Assembly: GCA_943788775.1 (NCBI GenBank) | Contig: CALSRO010000004.1 | Location: 1 to 64,000, forward strand | Length of the DNA stretch: 64,000 nt | Direction: 5' to 3' | Source of the DNA: an uncultured Flavobacteriales bacterium | GTDB taxonomy: Bacteria > Bacteroidota > Bacteroidia > Flavobacteriales_G > Salibacteraceae | In this document: piece after piece, positions 58,593 through 64,000 of the stretch | Position numbering within the stretch: the first letter of the stretch is position 1 | Layout: every line of letters starts with the position of its first letter | The notes under the pieces: generated by a model | What the model was told of the DNA's origin: nothing | Seen by the model: the letters and a program-made list of their open reading frames with translations, nothing else | Databases searched by the model: none | Position numbers and translations under genes: made by a program

Positions 58593-59528
58593 CTATTTAA
58601 ATTTCGACAAAGGTGATAAATTCCCGCTCTTTCGGGCTGCGGCTAATTCCACATCAGCCTCAGTGAGTGGTGTTAGCCCAGCTTGCAAAAAACGATAGCT
58701 ATCTAGCGCGTACATTACCTCGTAACCCACCGGTAAAATTTCATCGGTAATGATTGCCGGCAGGTCATTTTTATAGGAACTGAAGTATCGCTTTTTCACC
58801 AGCGAGAATAGCTCATTCCCTTCCTTATCAAACACCGAATAATGCACCTTGATGAGCCTATTATAGTCCTCGGACTCCAGCTCTTGCTGAGATCCAGCGG
58901 CATTCATTAAATTGAGCTCGTTCACAAACAAGAAGTAGTCCGCCTCATATTTTGGCACCAACGAATCGAAAATGATTTCATTAAAAATTTTCGCTTTGGT
59001 AATCAACTCTCGTGTGTCTTCTACGCTAATGATCTGACCCCGTTCAACGCGTGTTCCCGGCTCTGGACCTTTATCAACATTCGTCTGAATCTTTGTCCAA
59101 TACTGACTCAGCTTGCGCTTGAATCCTTTGTCTTCTAGAATAATCGGTGGTTCATAAGGCACCACCGATGGACTAACCACTTTATAAATAAAATCCAAGT
59201 CCTCATTAATGACTGGGTCATCAGCATGCATGCTCACAAACTCATTATGTTCTTTCGCACCAATGAGAATCGCATTGTCTAGTCCTTTACGGAAAAAACC
59301 GCGCGTATGCTGATATGTGTAATTGGTTCCCTCTGCTATATAGCGATCAATTTCACTGATGTAGCGATTGGGATGAAATGGAACTACTACAATGTTTGGG
59401 CGCTCCAACATGCCAATACTGTCTCTGTAAAACCCGAGATAGAGTGAGTCATTTGTCGGACCGTAGATCGATTGTGAAACAGCCCCCGCTGCAATGAATA
59501 AGCTGAGAGAAAATATCAGTAATTTCAT
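58593..59528 (-). CDS. Secreted hypothetical protein
   Basis: 311 aa. Signal peptide MKLLIFSLSLFIAAGAVSQ. 3 nt downstream of fbp on the same strand. Confidence 0.45.
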   Translation of the reverse strand: MKLLIFSLSLFIAAGAVSQSIYGPTNDSLYLGFYRDSIGMLERPNIVVVPFHPNRYISEIDRYIAEGTNYTYQHTRGFFRKGLDNAILIGAKEHNEFVSMHADDPVINEDLDFIYKVVSPSVVPYEPPIILEDKGFKRKLSQYWTKIQTNVDKGPEPGTRVERGQIISVEDTRELITKAKIFNEIIFDSLVPKYEADYFLFVNELNLMNAAGSQQELESEDYNRLIKVHYSVFDKEGNELFSLVKKRYFSSYKNDLPAIITDEILPVGYEVMYALDSYRFLQAGLTPLTEADVELAAARKSGNLSPLSKFK

Positions 59529-59593
59529 ATTGTAAAACTACCGTCAGATAGGGCAGACATACCCCAACATGTAGCGTATTTACAACATCGGAA

Positions 59594-59615
59594 TGTGAAA
59601 AGCAGTGCTTCACAA
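59594..59615. promoter_or_regulatory. Imperfect 22-bp palindrome TGTGAAAAGCAGTGCTTCACA upstream of the hmgA promoter; candidate operator
   Basis: Read from sequence. Lies about 15 bp upstream of the putative -33 element. Confidence 0.3.
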
Positions 59616-59629
59616 TGATGTTTGTCAGT

Positions 59630-59663
59630 TTGCTTTCACAACCATCTTGGCTTGTTACCTTTG
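59630..59663 (+). promoter_or_regulatory. Putative hmgA promoter: -33 TTG (59630-59632), 23-nt spacer, -7 TACCTTTG (59656-59663), 25 nt upstream of the ATG
   Basis: Motif match to the Bacteroidota consensus. Confidence 0.35.
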
Positions 59664-59688
59664 CTTGGTTATCAAAACTGATTAGCAC

Positions 59689-60846
59689 ATGCCTTTTTAC
59701 CACAAGCTAGGGAAGATTCCACCAAAGCGACACACCCAATTTCGACAAGACAACGGAAAACTATATCAAGAGCAACTTTTTGGCACCATCGGATTTGATG
59801 GAATGTCGAGCAATTTGTACCATGTTCATGCTCCAACACGTGTTTCCAATGTGGGTGAAAGCATCAGCATGAAACCCGAAATTGCGGTTGAAAACAACAT
59901 GAAATCACGCATGTTGAAAGGTTGGGATATTGCACCTAAAGAAGATTATCTCGAAAGTCGAGTTCCAGTGTTAGTCAACAAGGATGTTCAATTGATTCTT
60001 TCGGCTCCGAAGAAATCCTTGCGAGATTATTTCTATAAAAACACAGATGCCGATGAGTTGATTTTTGTGCACAAAGGGACCGGAAAATTGAGAACTCAAT
60101 TTGGAAACATCGACTTTAAATATGGAGATTACCTTCTCGTGCCCCGTGGAATCATTTACCAAATAGACTTTGATGGAGAAGACAATCGTTTGTTTATCAC
60201 CGAGTCTCGACAGCCAATCTACACTCCAAAAAAATACCGAAACTGGTTCGGGCAATTACTCGAACACTCCCCATTCTGTGAGCGAGATTTGCGCGCTCCA
60301 CATGAGCTAGAAACACACGATGAAGAGGGTGAATTCATCATGAAGGTGAAAAAGCAAGATGCACTTCACACCTTGACCTATGACCGACATCCCTTTGACG
60401 TGGTTGGCTGGGATGGATTCAACTTCCCATACGCCTTCAGCATCCATGATTTCGAACCAATCACCGGGCGCATACATCAACCCCCTCCCGTGCATCAAAC
60501 ATTTGAGACCAGCACTTTTGTGGTTTGTTCATTCGTACCTAGGCTATACGATTACCATCCTGATTCCATTCCAGCGCCATATAATCACAGCAATATTGAT
60601 TCAGATGAAGTGCTTTATTATGTGGATGGTGATTTCATGAGCCGCAATCACGTGGAAAAGGGATACATATCATTGCATCCCGCAGGCATTCCGCATGGTC
60701 CACACCCAGGCGCGATGGAGCGCAGCATCGGACAAAAAGAAACCCTAGAGTTAGCAGTCATGGTAGATACCTTTGCCCCGCTTCAAGTAACAAAACAAGC
60801 CTTAGGAATAGACGATTCGACTTATTGGAAAAGTTGGATTGACTAA
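59689..60846 (+). CDS. hmgA: Homogentisate 1,2-dioxygenase (short bacterial form)
   Basis: 385 aa cupin-fold protein with conserved His/Glu metal-site region (HQPPPVH...HPAGIPHGPHPG). Genomic linkage to hppD. Confidence 0.8.
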   Translation: MPFYHKLGKIPPKRHTQFRQDNGKLYQEQLFGTIGFDGMSSNLYHVHAPTRVSNVGESISMKPEIAVENNMKSRMLKGWDIAPKEDYLESRVPVLVNKDVQLILSAPKKSLRDYFYKNTDADELIFVHKGTGKLRTQFGNIDFKYGDYLLVPRGIIYQIDFDGEDNRLFITESRQPIYTPKKYRNWFGQLLEHSPFCERDLRAPHELETHDEEGEFIMKVKKQDALHTLTYDRHPFDVVGWDGFNFPYAFSIHDFEPITGRIHQPPPVHQTFETSTFVVCSFVPRLYDYHPDSIPAPYNHSNIDSDEVLYYVDGDFMSRNHVEKGYISLHPAGIPHGPHPGAMERSIGQKETLELAVMVDTFAPLQVTKQALGIDDSTYWKSWID

Positions 60847-60858
60847 GTCTAATTTGAT

Positions 60859-60879
60859 GATTAGGAGATTAGGAGATTA
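60859..60879. repeat. Tandem octamer GATTAGGA x2.6 (GATTAGGAGATTAGGAGATTA)
   Basis: Read from sequence. A related inverted copy (CTAATCAGCGAATCCTCTAATCATCTC) occurs at 62769-62795. Confidence 0.5.
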
Positions 60880-60908
60880 AAGATAGAAGCGATTGAGAAA
60901 TAGACTAA

Positions 60909-61274
60909 ATGAATGATCGGTATAAGGATAATTTAATATTGAATCTGACAATCGCGTTTTCATTGTCTATTATCGAATATGCCGAACACCTTGAAGAATC
61001 AAAAAAATTTGTAGTTTCAAAACAAGTTTTACGTTCAGGAACGAGCATAGGAGCAAACGCTGTAGAAGCACAAAATGCAGAGAGTCATCGACACTTTATC
61101 AGTAAATTCAAAATCTATATCCGAGAAGCGGATGAGACGCATTATTGGCTCACGCTGTGTCAAAAATCAAAATCATACCCAAATCCACCCGAAGAATTGT
61201 TTGATCAACTTACATCAATCATTAAGGTAATTAACAAAATAATAGCAACCACAGTTGGTAAGAAGTTGGCATAA
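60909..61274 (+). CDS. Four-helix-bundle protein (23S rRNA intervening-sequence protein family)
   Basis: 121 aa. Characteristic SKQVLRSGTSIGANAVEAQNAESHRHFISKFKIYIREADETHYWL motif block. Confidence 0.85.
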   Translation: MNDRYKDNLILNLTIAFSLSIIEYAEHLEESKKFVVSKQVLRSGTSIGANAVEAQNAESHRHFISKFKIYIREADETHYWLTLCQKSKSYPNPPEELFDQLTSIIKVINKIIATTVGKKLA

Positions 61275-61313
61275 TTGTCAAATCTTCTAATCAACTAATC
61301 ATCTGAACATATC

Positions 61314-62465
61314 ATGGAAACAGCTAAAAAAAGAGAAAACGTCAAGTACGGCACCGATAAAATCTTTCAAGATGCGGAGGATTTCCTTCCCTTATTAGGA
61401 ACAGATTACGTTGAACTGATTGTTGGCAATGCCAAGCAGTCTGCTCACTTTTACAAGACCGCATTTGGATTTCAATCTATCGCATATGCGGGTATGGAGA
61501 CAGGTGTAAAAGATCGTACCTCCTACGTACTTGGGCAGGACAAAATTCGACTTGTATTAACTACACCACTTCAAGGCGATGGTTGGATGAACGAGCATCT
61601 AAACAAGCACGGTGACGGAGTAAAAGTGGTCGCTTTGTGGGTGGAGGATGCAACAAAAGCCTGGGAAGAAACGACAAGTCGTGGAGCGAAGTCATTCATG
61701 GAGCCTACGAAAGAAGAAGATAAGGATGGCCATGTCATCAAATCGGGAATCCACACCTATGGTGAGACAGTGCACATTTTCATTGAGCGAAAAAACTACA
61801 ATGGAACATTTCTACCCGGTTTCAGAAAATGGGAATCGCATTACAATCCCTCCGAGGTTGGATTGAAGTTTATCGACCACATGGTGGGCAATGTGGACTG
61901 GGGCGAAATGAACACTTGGGTTGACTTTTACGCCAAAGTGATGGGCTTTGCTCAGATCGTAACTTTTGACGACAAAGACATATCCACCGAGTACACTGCT
62001 CTGATGAGTAAGGTGATGAGTAATGGAAATGGCCGCATCAAATTCCCGATTAACGAACCAGCCGAAGGGCGCAAGAAATCTCAGATCGAGGAGTATATCG
62101 ATTACTACAAAGGGCCTGGAGTACAGCACATCGCAGTTGCCACGGAAGATATTGTGGCCACCGTAACGCAGATGCGAGATAGAGGAGTGGAGTTCCTTTA
62201 TGTGCCAGACACTTATTATGAAACCTTGAAGGACAGAGTAGGTGAGATCGATGAAGACATTGAAGTCTTAAAAGAGCATGGCATTTTAGTGGATAGAGAT
62301 GACGAGGGTTACCTATTGCAATTGTTCACCAAGCCGGTGGTTGATCGACCTACAATGTTCTTCGAAATCATTCAACGCAAAGGAGCTTGGAGCTTTGGAA
62401 AAGGAAACTTCCAAGCCTTGTTCGAGGCCATTGAAAGAGAACAGGAAAACAGAGGAACACTCTAG
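61314..62465 (+). CDS. hppD: 4-hydroxyphenylpyruvate dioxygenase
   Basis: 383 aa. Two VOC/glyoxalase-like modules; conserved regions FIDHMVGNV, GVQHIAVATEDI and FFEIIQRKG are typical of HPPD. Confidence 0.9.
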   Translation: METAKKRENVKYGTDKIFQDAEDFLPLLGTDYVELIVGNAKQSAHFYKTAFGFQSIAYAGMETGVKDRTSYVLGQDKIRLVLTTPLQGDGWMNEHLNKHGDGVKVVALWVEDATKAWEETTSRGAKSFMEPTKEEDKDGHVIKSGIHTYGETVHIFIERKNYNGTFLPGFRKWESHYNPSEVGLKFIDHMVGNVDWGEMNTWVDFYAKVMGFAQIVTFDDKDISTEYTALMSKVMSNGNGRIKFPINEPAEGRKKSQIEEYIDYYKGPGVQHIAVATEDIVATVTQMRDRGVEFLYVPDTYYETLKDRVGEIDEDIEVLKEHGILVDRDDEGYLLQLFTKPVVDRPTMFFEIIQRKGAWSFGKGNFQALFEAIEREQENRGTL

Positions 62466-62487
62466 ACTTTAAAGTCAACTTAGATTT

Positions 62488-62520
62488 AAGCCTCGTCACC
62501 AACTGATGGGGCTTTTTTTG
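62488..62520 (+). terminator. Rho-independent terminator after hppD: GCCTCGTCA-ccaac-TGATGGGGC (two G:U pairs) then TTTTTTT
   Basis: Read from sequence. Confidence 0.65.
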
Positions 62521-62811
62521 TGCGAAACACAAGAGTTGACAACCTGTATGCGTTGCTACTTATTCGAAATGAAACCGCGCACACGAACAGACAAGTCGCA
62601 CGCAGGATACCCAGCTCCACAAGGCGTGTTTTACTAGAAAATGGTAGTGATTTCCGAAGACTTCACCAGACAAAATTCGTTTGAAGGAAGATTAATGTTG
62701 GCGTGGTAGGCAATATTCAATGCTCAAAAATCAATGTCTAATTGAAGCATTGTTAATTGACTCATCTTCTAATCAGCGAATCCTCTAATCATCTCATTAA
62801 AGCATTGACAC

Positions 62812-62856
62812 ATAAAAAAAGCCCGATCGAATTACCGATCGGACTTTTTCGTTTTC
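62812..62856. terminator. Bidirectional terminator: AAAAAAA-GCCCGATCG-aattac-CGATCGG-ACTTTTTCGTTTTC
   Basis: Perfect 7-bp GC-rich stem with an A-tract upstream and T-tract downstream. 11 nt past the stop of the minus-strand gene. Confidence 0.65.
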
Positions 62857-62866
62857 TAACTAACCC

Positions 62867-64000
62867 TTATTGCTTGATGAATTTTGTTGTATGAACCTCA
62901 GCTCCATCACTTAGCTCAACCATATACACTCCAGTGTTAACCTGTGATAGATCCAAATTTAATTGGAACAATCCCGCTTGATCGGCAATCACATTGCTGT
63001 AAACCACTCGACCCATAACATCATAAACTCGAAGTTCGTTTTGAGTATTAGCTGTCATATCGGCTTTGATGTTTACGAAGCTATTGGCTGGATTTGGATA
63101 AACCGTCAATTTCTCCTGCTCATATCTAGCTGTCACAATGCCCGTTGGAGCAGCACCACATTCACCGGTTAATGCTTCTGCGTAATCTGCTTGGTATCCA
63201 TTGTCAAATTCTCCATCTGGATCCATCAACATGCCAATGATGTGCATATTATCCAGATCCCATTCTGAATCAATGTCTAAGACAAATTCGAAAGAATACG
63301 TCTCACCTACTTCTCCGCCTTCGGTGAACGAATCGTCCATTCCATCGAAAGAAGGAGCAATCATTCGAGCTACGTGATCATATTCCATCATAGAGGCTGG
63401 AACGGGATTAGCGGCACTGTGCCAATCGTGACCCGCTCCGCTTAACTCTCCACTAGCTCCACCAGAATAATAGTTTGCTTGGGCATAATTGCTGGCTGTG
63501 CCTGTGACATCATTTTCACTCAATGCCACTGCTACTCTCCAATCATTGTCAATTTCCGTAGTTGGCTCAACGGTCAAAGTCACGGTCATTTCCATTTGTT
63601 CTGTATCCATCTCTGCAGTCACACAAAGCGCTGCTGCTGCATTTCTAACAACTCGTTGCAAGAAATCTGTTTCCATAGCCGATGGATCAATGTCAGCACC
63701 ACGGTCAACCACTGCGCTTGGGTAGCCACTAATCAAATCTCCCAATCCAGTATCGTACTCTTCATTTGCCATTGGGTCATTATTATGAACTGCCAATCCA
63801 ATGAAATGATCTGGATATTCTTCTTGCAACCTCTCCATCCAAACGGCACCTCGTGGACACCATCCACACCAAGTACCAGTAGCTTCTTCCACGATCACTT
63901 GTTTGTTCAAGCCGGGAGCAGTCGGGTTTACGCTCAGCGTTAGCACATCGTCTGAAGCATCGTCATCGCCCGTTCCGCCATTTACATTCTTTAAGGTGGC
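62867..64000 (-). CDS. Secreted thioredoxin-like (WCGWCP) Omp28-like protein with type A T9SS C-terminal sorting domain; 5' end runs off the window
   Basis: Listed start is an internal GTG at 63946, but the frame stays open to the window edge. CxxC motif EATGTWCGWCPRG. C-terminal LTVYPNPANSFVNIK...LRVYDVMGRVV...GVYMVEL. Confidence 0.75.
   Translation of the reverse strand, partial: ATLKNVNGGTGDDDASDDVLTLSVNPTAPGLNKQVIVEEATGTWCGWCPRGAVWMERLQEEYPDHFIGLAVHNNDPMANEEYDTGLGDLISGYPSAVVDRGADIDPSAMETDFLQRVVRNAAAALCVTAEMDTEQMEMTVTLTVEPTTEIDNDWRVAVALSENDVTGTASNYAQANYYSGGASGELSGAGHDWHSAANPVPASMMEYDHVARMIAPSFDGMDDSFTEGGEVGETYSFEFVLDIDSEWDLDNMHIIGMLMDPDGEFDNGYQADYAEALTGECGAAPTGIVTARYEQEKLTVYPNPANSFVNIKADMTANTQNELRVYDVMGRVVYSNVIADQAGLFQLNLDLSQVNTGVYMVELSDGAEVHTTKFIKQ

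Noticed and set aside
60859-60879. GATTAGGA tandem repeat as a possible CRISPR or microsatellite locus
   Set aside because: Only 2.6 short units and no spacer architecture. Not CRISPR. Kept only as a flank marker in the four-helix-bundle finding.

Overview
This 64-kb window looks like chromosomal DNA from a Bacteroidota genome, probably a flavobacterium-like lineage. Three things point that way: many proteins carry type IX secretion (T9SS) C-terminal sorting domains, several promoters match the TAnnTTTG -7 box, and a crtZ / lycopene-cyclase carotenoid pair is present. Gene density is high and most of the content is housekeeping: panD, sufE with a DUF59 gene, purF, pheT, dnaG, rpoN, asnS, mfd, fbp and rfbB. 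Two tRNAs are present, Ala-GGC on the minus strand and an initiator-like Met-CAT on the plus strand. Aromatic and amino-acid catabolic genes are scattered through the window: 3-hydroxyanthranilate dioxygenase, a muconic-semialdehyde-type aldehyde dehydrogenase, a PaaZ-like fusion, a PaaY-like protein, an ALDH7-type dehydrogenase, hmgA and hppD. At least six secreted T9SS cargo proteins are encoded, and there is a two-component system, a flotillin/NfeD pair, and an SbtA-like (DUF897) transporter unit with a divergent LysR regulator. I found no CRISPR array, integrase, transposase or clear prophage. The items I would look at first are: (1) a small ORF overlapping a nucleotidyltransferase-fold protein at 57.0-57.6 kb, which has the architecture of a toxin-antitoxin or abortive-infection module; (2) two tandem cysteine-rich mini-lipoprotein paralogs at 0.7-1.1 kb; (3) an unknown small protein co-transcribed with the SbtA-like transporter under a LysR regulator; (4) four TTAAC direct repeats at helical spacing upstream of the two-component operon; (5) three apparent frameshifts within about 7 kb (42.8-49.7 kb), which are either local assembly indels or gene decay. 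Note that the ORF track translates TTG and GTG starts as M, so several true starts are probably at internal ATGs, as flagged in the feature list.
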